DNA of 64,000 bases from Eledone cirrhosa (lineage: Eukaryota). The position numbers and the translations under genes are program-made. A model generated the notes under the pieces. The model did no database searches. It was not told the DNA's origin and worked only from the letters and a program-made list of their open reading frames with translations. This document shows, in pieces, positions 11,780 through 25,273 of the stretch. The DNA is taken from the NCBI GenBank assembly GCA_964016885.1, contig OZ024742.1:148986001-149050000 (forward strand). The letters run 5' to 3'. Numbering within the stretch: position 1 is the stretch's first letter; the number at the start of each line of letters is the position of its first letter.

Positions 11780-11960
11780 AAGCAACAAAGGCTACTACAG
11801 TTTGGCACCAGTGTCTATGCAATGTGACATGTTTTTTGCCAGCTGAACAAACTAGAGCAACATAAAATAAAATGTCTTGCTCAAGGACACAACATGCTTC
11901 CCTGTCTGGGAATTGAACTCACAACTTTATTGGATGCCTAACACTCTAACCACTAAGCCA
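11780..11960 (-). mobile_element. tRNA-derived SINE with CORE-like domain (degenerate)
   Basis: Minus strand has tggcttagtggttagagtgtt, gagttcaattcc and gtgtccttgagcaagacatt; same family as 31413 and 19850-19972. Confidence 0.75.
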
Positions 11961-12025
11961 CCCATCTCTCATTCCATCATGAATATTTTACTAATATGTA
12001 ATTTTCTGTTTTTATATTCTTATAG

Positions 12026-12753
12026 AAAATTTGCACATGAGCAGTTCAAAAGATTTTGATTCTGAATTGTGTGTATACCCAGGAGAGCCACCCCCTCCTG
12101 GTACTGAAGTGAGCAAACAACACTCTCTTCAGCATTTGGAGGAAGTGAAACTATCTAAAACTGGAGAAGAGGACCTAGAAGAAGTGATGAAACTAGCTGC
12201 TGTGTTGGCCCCCTCAGGAAAATCTTTGGCAAGTTCTACTGCATCATCCAAGCTACCAAGTCAAGAATCTTCTGAGTGCACCTCAACTTTAGACATCAAT
12301 GATGACATGGAACTTGATCCAGATGAAAATGTTCCTTCATCTGTCCATCTTATGCCAACACACAGCAGCAGTTATAAAAGTACTGCTCTCTCTTCTAACT
12401 CTAGCAGTAATGGACACCATCTCTTTCCACTTGTGGATGCAGCCAATTGCCTCCAGGTCAACTCGGCTGTAATATCAAAACCTCCCCAATACAAGACTCG
12501 TCCAACTATCAGCTCAGATGCTGTTATTAATACTCTCCCAACACCAAACTCTGATAGTTCTGCAGTCCATGCTAACACAACTAATTCTACTGCAATATCT
12601 TCAGTGGATAACTTTTACTTGTCAAAGTCATCAGTTAAGGCCACACCACTGGATTCAGCCAATACATCAAACAGCCCCATTTCTCAAGAAACAAATGACA
12701 TTCTGGAAACTGTCAAACCACAGCCAAAGGAGAAAAAACGCAAAAAAGATAAG
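12026..12753 (+). CDS. FNBP4: FNBP4-like large Ser/Pro-rich exon (PGEPPPPG ... KEKKRKKDK)
   Basis: Acceptor ttttatattcttatag| (phase 1), open frame of ORF 12031-12792, donor AAG|gtaaaa (phase 0). Confidence 0.85.
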
Positions 12754-13409
12754 GTAAAACATTTTTCACATTATTATTGTTATTCATTATAAAAGTGGTG
12801 GGTTGGTAGAATCATTAGTGTCAGATGAAATAATTTGCAGCATTTGTTTCATTGTGGTATAAAAGTGGCACTTGCTGTGCAAGTAATCTACTTACTTTCC
12901 CAACATCATTGAATGGTGCTCTCATCTTGGTCTCACTTCATCACTCTCTTGGCTATTGGTTTTACTACCACTCAGCTTCCTTTCAGGTGGTAGATGGGAA
13001 GTCATTAGTGTCAGATAAGAGGCTTTGCAGTATTTAACCTGGCTTTCTGCACCCTCAGTTCAAATCCTGTCAATAAATAAAGTACCAGTCCAGGGTGGAG
13101 AATTGGCAGAATTGTTGGAACATTAGATGGGATGCCTGTTTTGAATTCAAATCCTGCCTCCTCTCACCAAATAAAAAATGGTGACTGGAACCTTTATCTT
13201 TAAAACATCCAAGACACCTCTTATGAGATGCAATCGCATAAGAAGCCTGGTTAAACCTATGAAGATGTGAGCCATAACATTAACAGCTTCCTTTCATACA
13301 CTATTGATATATGCTTACTAAACCTTATGTTTATATACTCACCTATGTTTATATCCTCTGTTATCCCACTGCTGAATACTTTCTTCTTGCTCTCTATCTA
13401 TTTCCCTTC

Positions 13410-13725
13410 ATGACTGTCATCAGCATCTCTCCACTTATTGTGGTCCTTTGGCATCTCCTCTGTAAGCCACAGTGACCTGAGATCAGTTCTCACAACCTTT
13501 GATCAACTCTTTCTTGGTCTCCCTTTACTACAGCTTCCTTCTACAGGAATTTCTTGGCACTTCTTCAACCAAAGATCACTCATCACATGTCCATACCAAA
13601 GCAGTCTTTTCTCCTGTACACTATATAATTCCTCTTATACCCAGCTTTTCTCTCAGCTCATCCATACTTTGTGGTACATGCATATCAACATTGCACATTC
13701 AACAGAGTATAGTTGCTTCATTTCT
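13410..13725 (-). mobile_element. Old RTE LINE 3' coding fragment
   Basis: Minus strand has remnants of WYGHV and GRPRKSWSKVVRTDL. Confidence 0.75.
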
Positions 13726-13783
13726 TAAGATCTATCCAACAATCTCACTATAGCACATTATTATATATTTTCTTAAATTTTAG

Positions 13784-13915
13784 GTTATCACTAGTACAAA
13801 TTTAACCCTTAAAAAGAAAAATGTTTCGTCATTGGTACAAAAATGGCAAAAAGTGAAGAAAGAAGTTGAAAAGGAAGATGAATTGGCTCGGCATGAGTTT
13901 TCAGATGATGATTGA
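13784..13915 (+). CDS. FNBP4: FNBP4-like last coding exon (VITSTNLTLKKKNVSSLVQKWQKVKKEVEKEDELARHEFSDDD*)
   Basis: Acceptor ttttcttaaattttag|, phase 0. SLVQKWQKVKKE matches the recalled FNBP4 C-terminal SLVKKWQSIQRE. TGA at 13913-13915. Confidence 0.85.
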   Translation, partial: VITSTNLTLKKKNVSSLVQKWQKVKKEVEKEDELARHEFSDDD

Positions 13916-16379
13916 CACCATCTTTGACTGGTATGTTTTATTTGATGCTGGATACTTTCTTTATCATACTACCTATCAGTGAATTATTGCATCTGTTTTT
14001 TTTGTTTTTTTTCTTATTTCTATCTAAAATTGTATTATTTTATTACGGATGTGTGAGTTAATTTTCATTAGATTAGAAGTAAGCTCCTGTCTAGTTAAAT
14101 CCATTTATTAATGATTTTACTTAATGAAATTATTCAATATATGCTTATAATGTTTTTTTTCATGTGTGTGTGTGTGTGGGGGGGGGTAATAGTAATAGTA
14201 ACAGCAGGAGCAGGCAGACTATTAAATTTACACCATGGTTTCACAAAAGTAAATATAATACACATGTTTGGGTTAAGTATTTGCTTCCTTTGAAAGGTTG
14301 TTCACTTATGTTAGACAGCTAAACTTTATTCAAGATAAAAAATGTCTGAAGGACATAATTGTTAATAGACTGCTTTGTGCATTACACACCAAAGGCAGGT
14401 GACATCAATAATTCTAACATTGCAGATATGTAAACCTACATGATACCTGGGTTGGATATGTGATTGATTCTTAAGCTAATGTCTTAACTCTTTTGATACC
14501 ATGAAACTGCATGAAACTGCTCTGGATTTATGATACAAAAAACTGCTACTTTTAAAATGTTTATCTGTATATTAAAACTTTTCATCGTTTTATTTAAGAA
14601 TTCCTGTTAAGTAGTGTTCTAAATGTTAGCTTACTAATGAAAAATTTAGTTATTTCATTAAATTCCTCCAAATGATAGGTTATTTTCAAAATCAATTGTA
14701 ACACATAGTACATTTTCATTAAAAAGGGGAAATGAAAGGGTGAAAGCATATTGCCCTACTTCAAAGATATCCTAAAGCACAAATTCTTAGTCTTATTAAA
14801 TATCTTACTTAACTATGAGTGACTTTGTTTTTTTTTAGTGTGTTGAAGCAATTTTTTTTTTATTGCTTTTGCTATATCTGGAAACTGTTAAATAACTTAG
14901 AAATGGTTGGTTTAGCTATATTTGGTTAAGGGGGACTGACAAGTGGAGAGATGCTGTGCTGAATAGGACCTGTCCCACCCTTGCAAGCAGGGAAGAGTGG
15001 ACGTAAAATGATGATGATGAGGGTAAAAAAAACACCTAAAGTTGCCTGAATATAATTATGAAAGAATTTATGAACAAAAAATTGAACATGTACGTGCCTA
15101 CTGTTGTAAATCATTACCAATTTATATTTGTATTGACAAGTGGAATAATATGAAATTCATTGTTCCAGTAAGGCAAACTTATTTCCTTTCCTTAACTAAG
15201 ATATAAACTAGTATTGGTAAAACATTTTATAAAATTCCTGTTAAAAACTGTTCTAAGGTCAATGAATGCTAGTGTAGCTAACTTTGTTTTAAATTGTACT
15301 GTTATCAAAAGTATACTAAAAGCTTGAAATTAAAATCTTAAAAATAAACCTGACCCTTATTTTATCATTTTGTATTGCAGTTGCTTCATGGTTAATACCA
15401 CAATTTGTTCCTTTTGGTGTATATAATCCTGTACAAACAGAAGCTGGTTTGAACTCGCACTGTTGCTACAAATATTTACATTTTGCTGTCCATCTTCAAC
15501 TTGAGAGTTTAAACTTTCTAAGAATGAACACATTATCTCACACCCAATGCTCATAAGAGCACCTTTGTTAGCTTTGTGAATGAGTGCAGATAATAAGCAT
15601 TTGCTTCAAATATAAATGATGATAGAGGAATGAATGTGTTTTGTGAAAGAGAAAAAAAAATGTAGATGTCACTATGTTTGCATGTATGAATGCGAATGAT
15701 ATTCAGTTATTTCTACAAAGAGTTTATTATTATCAATGTTTAATGTTGATAATAAATTCTACAAAAGTTATGTATGTGTGCCTCTGGTATTCTAAAAGAA
15801 TAAAAGTTCTCCAATTTCAAAACAAGTCTTGTCATTAATTTGTTTTTATGCTACATTAAAAATGAATAGTCTAATTGTTACAATGTCTTTTCTGAGAACA
15901 TTACTAATAAGGCTGAAAGATTGTGACTATAACAACCAAGATAAGGATACTAATCTCAATAAATATATGTATAATAATAATTCTGCCTCTCAGAAATTCA
16001 AAACAAATACACATGTATGTTTGTGTTTCATCATTATTGTTTTTATGTCAATTTTTCCATGCTGACACAGGTTGGGTGGGACTTTTTAAGACAATGTTTT
16101 ACAACCAGATGCCTGTTCTATCACCAACCACTTTAGTTGTTTTTTATGACATGCAGGGATATGGGGTACCTATTCTAAACCAGATATTACACATGCTCTA
16201 ACTATGACAACTACCATGCTATCAGCATATTAAAGGTGATGGAAACAGCCATATTAACAATTTCCTTCTCCAAAATCTTTCTTCCTCCATTAACAACCGT
16301 CAGTGTGGCTTTTGTAAAGACAGATCTAAGTGGATCAGTGGCTTCATGTCAAATCATATTACTGAGGCTTTTGACACAT

Positions 16380-17060
16380 TCTATCAACTCTGGTATATCA
16401 CATCATTGTTTTACGTTCGTTTTTTCCACATTCACATGGGCTGGACGGCTCCTTTTCAGCACAACATCTCTCCAATCACTATGTTCCATCATCATCTCCT
16501 CTGTGAGTTTCAGTGATTTAAAATCATCTCTCACCACCTCCACCCAGGTCTTCCTTGGTCTCCCTCTACAGAAACTTCCTCCCACTTCTTCACCCAATGA
16601 CATCTGATTTCTCTTATACCCAGCTCATCCATGTTGTGTTGTTCACATATATTAGCATTGCACATCCATTGGAGCATGCTCACTTCATTTCTCTCTAGTC
16701 TTTGTATATCCTCTGTATTGATTGCTTCTGTCTCACTGCCATGCAACATTGCACTTCTCACACAGGCATATACAGCCAGCCTTTCTTTCTTAGAGACAAA
16801 CTTTTGTTAACAGAGGTAGTAGCTCCCTGAAATTTTTCAATTTTGTTCTGATCCTAACTACTAAACTTTCCGTGCAACTGCCTCCACTACTAATTAGATC
16901 ACCAAGGTAACAGAAGCTATCAACTATTTCTATGGATTCTTCCTGGGATTTGAAAAAACTTTATTTTACTGATACTCTTACAATAAACCCTTCCTGTGCA
17001 TCTGCCTCATACAAAATCTACATTTTCTGTTAGTCTGCATGCTACCCGAAATGCATATTA
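16380..17060 (-). mobile_element. RTE LINE 3' fragment
   Basis: ORFs 16531-16761 (MLHGSETE, LERNE) and 16403-16603 (GRPRKTW); FCYLG remnant near 16905. Confidence 0.85.
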
Positions 17061-18180
17061 TTTTTGCATTAATCTTGTATAAACCATTGAGTCATTCAAG
17101 AAGCACTATAAATTTTTATTTTCAGGCAATTCATCTGCCTAGCCAAGTTTATCCAAGCTATTAACTCTAATGAAATAGGAAATTGTAATATCTATACCTT
17201 TCCCAAACCAAGCCTAAAAGGGAGCATTTATGTCAAAGGCTCCTAAAGTGTTCAATATTGATGACAAATTGAACTTTTGGGCCAAAACCAGACATTTAAG
17301 AAATAATGAAATAAAATACAACTTATACAATTTTCTGATTTATATATAATTAGTCTTATCTATTTTATATTAACTGAATTTTTTGTCTCCATTCCTGGTT
17401 AATGAGGGGGTCAAGGAGTCGATGGCCTGAAAAGTTAGGGGTCCGGGATCCCTGATCTATGACCTGCTAGAAATAGTAACCGAATTTTCAAATTATATTC
17501 TACCATCTTTAAGAAAGACACTGGAGAAAGGGTAAAAACTGGAACACTTGATCATAGGTTTGCTTGAACCAATCCGACTGGAGATTAAACTACAACTTAA
17601 GCAACTAAAGTGGAATGAATCAAAACTTCAAATAAGAATTGAATCTGGGAAATTAACTATACCACCAGGCTCCATGCTGCAATTATATAAAATGCGCATT
17701 TTAATGGATCTGTATGCATCACTTTCCTGTCATGATCATCATTGTTTTTATATCCACTTTTCCATGCTGACATGGGTTTGATGAGATTGTATGAGGCAAT
17801 GTTTTTCAGCTGGATGCCTTCTCTGACACCAACTCTGACAACATGGGAATAAATCAAAACCACAATGAAGATACCATCTTCAACCTACCCTACATACTCA
17901 TCCAAAACTAATTAGTTAATTAAATAACAATAGAAAAGACTTTGCTTTTATTTGTTTGTGAGGATGAACCTGAAATGAAAGGCAGAGAATGGTGGCAACA
18001 GCACTATTAATACAAAGTCTAATAATAAATGTTATTCAATGCAATATATACTGGCAAACACAGACTCACTATCTTTTCCTCATATGCTGTTATGTTAAAA
18101 CAAAAATTCACATCTTGACATGAAAGCTCCAATTAACTTTACAGAGTTGTCACTCGCTGTTTAATAATGGCTAACTTTAA

Positions 18181-18257
18181 CCCTTTAGCATTTACATTAC
18201 TCTATATTTACTATTGTATTTTCGTGGTAAAGGCTTTCTGGTTTAAATGCTAAAGGG
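18181..18257 (-). mobile_element. Internally deleted TTAA MITE (77 bp)
   Basis: ttaa-CCCTTTAGCATTTA...TAAATGCTAAAGGG-ttaa. Confidence 0.85.
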
Positions 18258-19453
18258 TTAAACAGGTCATGGATGATTAAACCAAACCACCTGTGGTTCT
18301 AAAATGCAAAACATTGTTTTCAACTGTTTTTATTTATCTAAAAAGCCTTTCATCATAATTCTGTTATGCTATACTCCAAATACCAACTTAATGAGAAATT
18401 TAGTTATATTACTAAATCTTTCCAAATTATTTTCAAAACTATTTGAAAATCAATGACTTTCATTAGAAATATGGTAACTAAATATTTAAGATTCAAGTAG
18501 CTTGTTACAAGCTTCTGTTTATTTGGTTAATGGTTTGTTGTGGTGGAAGTGCAGCTTTTATAATTATGTATATGCATTCTCTTAATCTTCATGGATGAGA
18601 TGGTTTGTATGTTTATGTGGTAAATTTTATAATTTAATTCATATAGGTTAATGCCCAATTGCAGTAGCTGTGTATAGTGGTTATATTATTACATTCCTCA
18701 AAATTTGTGATTAATTTAAAAATTTGAAAATCATAAAGTCTCTCTCATTATAAATCATCGCTTGCACTGCTCTCACAAGCCATTCTTCTACACCTTAGAT
18801 TGAGGTACTCTGTTACAGGCCTTTTCTAGATCAACAAAAGCTAAATATAGTGGCTAGGAACTACTCTTGTAGTTGTCTCACTTAGAAAAGGGCATCTGTA
18901 GTACTTTTCCCAGGCATGAAACCAAACTGTATCTTGTCTAATTTGACTCTTTCCCTAATTAACTGCACTATAACTCTTTCTATCACTCCCATAACTTGGT
19001 CCATTAGGTTTATTCCTAAAAGTTAAGCCAACAATTCTTGGTTACATCTAGATATATTTAGTTATTCAGCTACTTATGAAAAAGTATCTTGCTTTAATCA
19101 AGTGTCAGCTGTGAATATCTTCTAAAAACCAAAATGATCCTTGTTGACAAACTAAAACTACTTGATCATACGTGTATTGAGCCAAATTATAACCCTTTAG
19201 CATTTAAACCAGCTGTATCTGGCCAGAATTCTCAATACTGTTGACTATATAGGAGGTGTTGGAGAGTAAACATGAGCAAAAGAAGACTGTACACCTTTTA
19301 CTAAATTCATGCAAATATTCTCAAAGAACTGAGCAACCTTGTATTTTCTACACTTTACTCAATTCTTCATGCAAACTAAAATACCCACTTTATATATATA
19401 TAATGTTTTAAACATTTGTGTACAGGTAAAACATTGATATTGTCAATACAGTG

Positions 19454-19491
<38 letters not shown>

Positions 19492-19849
19492 GCTATTGGA
19501 ATATGATCATGATACAGGAAGTGAAAGACAGTAACTCCCTTATAACAGAAACAATTCTAATAAGCTCTCCTTTCAAATAATAACAGATTAAAAGATGACT
19601 GAATTAGTTAGCTAGTGCTTGAAATAAAACAAAGGGTAATGGGAAAAATGAATATTTCAATGAAGTATTTTACAAATAAACTAAAATAATGTTGAAGTCT
19701 GTCTCAAACCAGAAGCCTCATCAGGTTAGTGCTTATCCAGGTTTCGTTGGTGTTAACTGACTGAGAGTAGAAGACTATTCCCACTGGACATTAAGCCAGT
19801 TCATCACAAGGTTAACCTCCAGACTACTGCTGCTGGTAAATGTTTTCAT

Positions 19850-19972
19850 CTCAGTGTACTGGAGCAATGTGAAATGAAGTGCTTTTCTCAAGAACACAAC
19901 ACTCAATCTGGTCCAGGAATCCAACCCATAACTTTGTGATCATAAGACCAACACTCTAACCACTAGGCCATG
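19850..19972 (-). mobile_element. tRNA-derived SINE with CORE-like domain
   Basis: Minus strand has tggcctagtggttagagtgtt and gtgttcttgagaaaagcactt...ttgctccag. Confidence 0.7.
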
Positions 19973-20134
19973 CACCTTCAGAATATCAAAAAGAAAATAT
20001 CAAAGCAGTAGTTGGTATCCTATTTAAATAGTATCAATGAAATGGTTGATTCCATAACTACTTAACTGGTAACATTCCTGACACCATTTTGCCAGCTGTC
20101 TTTCATTGAAGATTATTCATGGTGTGAGCTTTAA

Positions 20135-20353
20135 CCCTTTAGCATTTAAACCAGCCATGTCTGGCCAGAATTCTCTCACCTCTTTCTGTTCAAACCAGCT
20201 GTAACTGGCTGCTCATACTGATGTTAAGGTACTGTTCTCAAAATAAATAATATCAAAATCTCATAGATTCTATATTATGTGAGATAATTATGAGGTAAAG
20301 CCTTTACTGTGAAAATATAATATTAAATATAGAGTGATGTAAATGCTAAAGGG
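20135..20353 (+). mobile_element. piggyBac-type MITE, 219 bp
   Basis: 14-bp terminal inverted repeats CCCTTTAGCATTTA with TTAA on both sides; CCC ends and TTAA duplication are piggyBac hallmarks. Confidence 0.88.
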
Positions 20354-21275
20354 TTAAGAGAAATATCTATCTAGTTTTCCTATACAATATTCTTTGTTAC
20401 AACTACTACTTTGCCAATGTATTTGTGTGTGTGAATATATGGAATAGAATTAAAGAATTGAGTTGCTTATACAATAATCTTTCTTACAAGTACGACTTTG
20501 CCAATCTATTTGTGTGTGTGTGAATGTATGAGAATTAGATAATAGAACATGATGGGCAAACAAGAGATGATAATTGCAAACCAATTGCCAGTAATCTCTA
20601 CAGAGTGATGTTATAGTGTTCCCTCACCACCTCAGCCTTTACCACAGTTCATATTTTGAACAACTGAAATATACAGAAGCAGGATCAACCAAACAGTTTC
20701 TAGATTAAAAGTCATCTCTTTTTTTTGTTTTGTTTTTTAGCAGTTATTCAAAAAACAATTTCACTTCAATCTCATAAATACTGAAGTATCTGAACCATAA
20801 GAGAAAATGGTTGTTCTCTCATATGCAAGAAGATCTGGTACCAAATTCCCTCAAATATAAAAATGAGTTTGATGAAAAAAAACATCCAATTGTTTTATTT
20901 AGCTTCATTTTTTTTAAAACAGGAACACTAAACCAGCAACAACAATAACAACAACAGCAAAGATATTGCTGTTATTGTTGGCATAACAGAAAAAAGACAA
21001 ACAAAATTAAAAACATTTTTTTACACCGCTGTAAAATAATAAATCCCTGATGTGATATCAATTTGAAAACCTATTTGTCACAGTATACCAACAGTTAATT
21101 GTCACCTTTGACTCGAAGTTTGTAACATAATGTTGCATGGTATTCTAGCTAATCCATGAATAACAGAATAGCAACATAACAGCCTTCTGATTGGTCCTTA
21201 GTGCAACTAGCATCTCAGTAATGGGTTACATTTACGCTCAACAATAAGACCACTGTAAGTCAGTGAAGTGTTCAC

Positions 21276-21623
21276 TTAACTACCCTCCTGCTTAGGTTCA
21301 GTTTGTTGTGATGAAGTGAAGGAAGTAGTGCTTGTTGTTGTTGTTGTAGTTGTTGTGGAGGCAGCAGCATTGGATGATGCTGATGTTTTTGCTGCAGCTG
21401 CTCCTGTTGTGATTGATGATTGTGATGATGATGGTGATGGTGATTGTGGTGGGGGTAGTGATAGTGATGAGGAAGAGGTGCAGTTAGCATTTGAAATAAA
21501 AGAGGTGTGGGCTGCATTTTCAGTATGGCTTCCACTGTCCATCAACAATTTGAGCTGTTGTCTTGCACTTTCCAGAAACAGGTCCAGCGCTATGTAATGC
21601 TGTTGGCGCAGTTGATTGTCCAG
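21276..21623 (-). CDS. CCDC91: CCDC91-like last coding exon with Ser/Thr/Pro-rich tail
   Basis: Acceptor ccctctctttacttcag|, phase 0. LDNQLRQQHYIALDLFLESARQQLKLLM matches the recalled CCDC91 C-terminus LDQVIRQRSLSSLELFLSCAQKQLSALI. Confidence 0.8.
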   Translation of the reverse strand: MDNQLRQQHYIALDLFLESARQQLKLLMDSGSHTENAAHTSFISNANCTSSSSLSLPPPQSPSPSSSQSSITTGAAAAKTSASSNAAASTTTTTTTTSTTSFTSSQQTEPKQEGS

Positions 21624-22088
21624 CTGAAGTAAAGAGAGGGAGGTTGAAGGTAAAACTGAAAATAGTCAACAGATGGTCAGCTGTTATATAAGTATATGTC
21701 TAGATTAATGGATCAGGGATTGGCATTTCTATGATGAAACTGAATTCCCTAGAGGCTAAGAGTCAGGCAGATATGTTATTTGGGACCATATCCTTTGACT
21801 GTCTCAAAAAAATGTATTTTTAAAGTTAAATCATATATGTTTAGAGAGAAGTATATAAGATTTAACTAGTTTAAGAGGTTGTAAGACCTTTAGCTCTTAA
21901 CAACATAACCTAATGTTAAAAGACATTGGGTATACATGTATAGATATATGTAAAAGAAAAGTAGATGAAGATGTACATAAGAGTGTCTGTAAGAGAGAAT
22001 AATGTGTACACCATGTACAAATATAAATGTGTGTGTATGTATGTATATATATAAATAAATGAGTACTCAATATCGAAGTAGAGTTTAA

Positions 22089-22309
22089 CCCTTTAGCATT
22101 TAAACCGGCCATATCCGGCCAGAATTCTCTCACCTCTTTCTGTTCAAACTGATCATAACTGGCCACTCATACTGATATTAAGGTATTGTTCTCAAAATAA
22201 ATAACATGAAAATCTCATAGATTCGTTATTATGATAGATATTTATGTATGATAAAGCCTTTACCACAAAAATACAATTACATATGTAGAGTAATGTAAAT
22301 GCTAAAGGG
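22089..22309 (+). mobile_element. piggyBac-type MITE, same family as 20135
   Basis: Same terminal repeats and internal sequence; TTAA left, TTGA right. Confidence 0.88.
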
Positions 22310-22549
22310 TTGAATATTCATTTATTATGGCTAAGCAGTGAGCCCTGTTACACTGGAGTTTCACCTCAGTACTCACAGGATCATCAGACAAGATGTCTTC
22401 TTTGATGACCCAATGAGTCAATAATACACATATGTGTGTATTTGTGTGTGTACACATTTTTCTCTATTTCTCTCTAAAAGACACACATATGTACACTCTC
22501 ATCCACTTTTCCTTTATACACACATACATATATAGTATTGTGTGTACAT

Positions 22550-22830
22550 ATGCATAGACCTGTAACACTTGATAGAGTCGAAGGAGCACCATATTGACAT
22601 ATGACAGGTCTTGAGCATTTTAAACCTGGCACAGAGCTCTGAACACAACAGATGTCTGAGAGAGAGAGAGAATTGACTCTAGTACTGGATTGGTACTTAT
22701 TTTATCAGCCTCGAAAGGATGAAAGACCAAGTTTACCTTGGTGGATTTTGAACTCAAAACAAAAAGAGAGCCAGAACAAATACTGCAAAGTATTGAATCT
22801 GACGTTTTAACAATTCTGCCAATTTGTTGA
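22550..22830 (-). mobile_element. tRNA-related SINE with 'ctttcatcc...gataaaataagtacca' central domain and long tail
   Basis: Colinear with copies at 25975-26265 (+), 31124-31885 (+, interrupted) and 43320-43600 (-). Confidence 0.7.
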
Positions 22831-23768
22831 CTTGAAGATGTATACAGGTGTATATAAGGGTGGTTGTAGGCTGTGTTTTGTGTGGATATGTGTAAGGACA
22901 CTTTTGGAGAAGAGAAAAAGGAGAGGAATATGAATGCATGAGGAGAGTATAAATATATCATTTAAAGCAGAATGTACAGTTGATAGGATTGGTGTCTGTG
23001 TGTTACTATCACTCTTGTTATCAACCCTGGCAAGATGAAAAGCAAACTTGACACTAGCAGGATCTGAACTTAGAAAGAAGAGGTCACAAATGAGGCACTG
23101 TACAACATCTAAACCAGTATTTAACCAACTTCACTGTTACAAATACTTGTTAGATTAAGATGTTGAATTGATTCTATAGTTTGGCAGTCAATATATTGTG
23201 CCTTTAGGCAAAGCACACTGTTCTTCATGCCTCAGTAAACTCAGCAGATTAGATGTACTATTCCTGCTGCACCATTAAATAGATAAAAGTAGGAAGAGCA
23301 TCCATATTTGCAGCACCAAAACTACTTCAACTATGCTACAACTGAAAACCAAATGTAAAGCTGGATGTACAATATATTATATTGTGCCTGTGTATGGCTG
23401 TGGTTGTTGTTATTGTTGTTTAGCCCTAGGTAGGTACTGATTAAACGGATTTTTAATCAAGAGCATTCCAGTTGTGATCAACCCATTTTTTTTTCAGGCA
23501 TAACATATCTAGGGCTACATTATCCAATTTGTCCTTCTTTTCTTAAATAAATATGGTATGATGTGAGGGAAATTTGGTTGATATCTCTAGCAGGTCGAGT
23601 GCTACCATTTTGAGGCTCACATATTATCTGGGTATGGGATTTAATTATGACATATGAGTGGTAGAACAAATGAAAGGGGGAAGAGAAAGAGAGAGAAAGT
23701 CGAAGAATTAAGTGAAACCTGTAGTTGAAGAAGGGAATAGGTAACAGCCCAACAAATTCTAAACCCAC

Positions 23769-23882
23769 CTGCCGCTGCTCTGCCACATAATTTTTCATCT
23801 CCGTCTTGCAGTCGGACAACACTTCAGCTCTGATCTGGCTCAACTTCTGTCTCTCATTCTGCACAACTTCATTCAGCAGTTT
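23769..23882 (-). CDS. CCDC91: CCDC91-like penultimate exon (KLLNEVVQNERQKLSQIRAEVLSDCKTEMKNYVAEQRQ)
   Basis: Acceptor tttttcacattttgtcag|, donor CAG|gtgggt, 114 nt, phase 0/0. Coiled-coil composition; EMKNYVAEQRQ resembles recalled ELIEYIKEQKR. Confidence 0.8.
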
Positions 23883-25016
23883 CTGACAAAATGTGAAAAA
23901 TGCTTTTGTTGATCAACGGTTTCTTGTACGTGTTTACAAATATCTGTGTGCATGTGTCAGTGTGTATATTGTTGTTTCTGTAGTGTTCACAGTATGCTAG
24001 CTACAATACTTCATCTACTCAATATAGTCTATGATAGCTCCAGCTAAGAAACAGTAAAAAGCAAAAGCAAATTTTGTTTCCTTTTCATTTCTAATTTTTT
24101 GTAAAATCAGGAGAAATATAACTTAAAATCAAATAATATTTCCTTTAGACTTGGTTTGAAAGTTTGTTTTCCTTTCTTGGGAAGATCAGTATATTACTGG
24201 GATTATTTTATTAATATTAGAGGGAGGAAAAACAAAGTCAACTGAGCCAAGATTTGATCTTAGAACAGTAAGGAGATACCAAACTGAAGCACCCAGTATA
24301 ATGTTCAACTATCTCATCTGTCTCCATCATTCTATTCATCTAAAATTAAGTAAAACTATATTACATGTTTCTAACACAGCACAAAGGGGTGGATGTTGGA
24401 GACATGCATTTCCTAAGAGTATCACATAATAATAACATATAGCATCATGGTGGGAGGGAGATATACAGAAAAGAAAACAAAGCATAAAATAAAAACAGAG
24501 AAATAAATAAAATAACAACACAAGGTTATGAGAAATATGAAGGATTGAAAAAATGAAAATAAAAATATCAACTAAATTAGTTTTAGATACAGAATATGAT
24601 GCCAATAAAGACTTAGCTACAAATAAACAAAAATTTAAGTGAAATTTAAATTTGAAAAAAATTAACATATAAACAAAAGAGAAAAAAAGATGGAGCCTAA
24701 AATTTCTGTCATGTTAATATCTTCCTCAAACAGATACCAGTTGATACATCAAGGTGTGTTTTGAGAAAGATTGTCAGGAGCAGAAACATTAGGCTATTGT
24801 AATCCACTAAGTTCAGTTGTTTTGTGGATTAAAAAATATTTAACATGAAAACATTTAACAACACAACATGCAAACTGAAAATGTAATTTATAATTAATTA
24901 AAAGAATACTAATGATATTCAACAAAAAATATATCATTTCAGAAAGGAAAGATAGAGGTTTTTAAGCAGAAAATTGGCAGAAATGTTAACCAGTTACTCA
25001 GCAAAGTTCTTAGTGA

Positions 25017-25273
25017 AGCATTCAGCAGAGGTTTAAACCAGGCATTCATCAGAGATTGAACCAAATAGTCAACAGGTCTAAACCAGACATTCAACAGAGG
25101 TTGAATCAAGTAATCAACAGAGGTCTAAACCAGGCATTCATCAGAGGTTGAACCAAATAGTCAACAGAGGTTTAAACCAGGCATTCAGCAGAGGTTGAAC
25201 CAAGTAGTCAACAGGGGTCTAAACCAGGCATTCACCAGAAGTTGAACCAAATAGTCAACAGAGGTTTAAACCA
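25017..25273. repeat. Minisatellite, about 5 copies of a 47-bp unit built from two related 23-24 bp subunits
   Basis: aaaccaggcattcatcagaggttgaaccaaatagtcaacagaggttt repeated head to tail. Confidence 0.9.

Noticed and set aside
20390-20545. Short local tandem duplication, also at 19290-19380 and 32350-32395
   Set aside because: Ordinary slippage duplications with no further structure.
25017-25273. CRISPR-like regular repeat
   Set aside because: No unique spacers and no cas genes; eukaryotic minisatellite.
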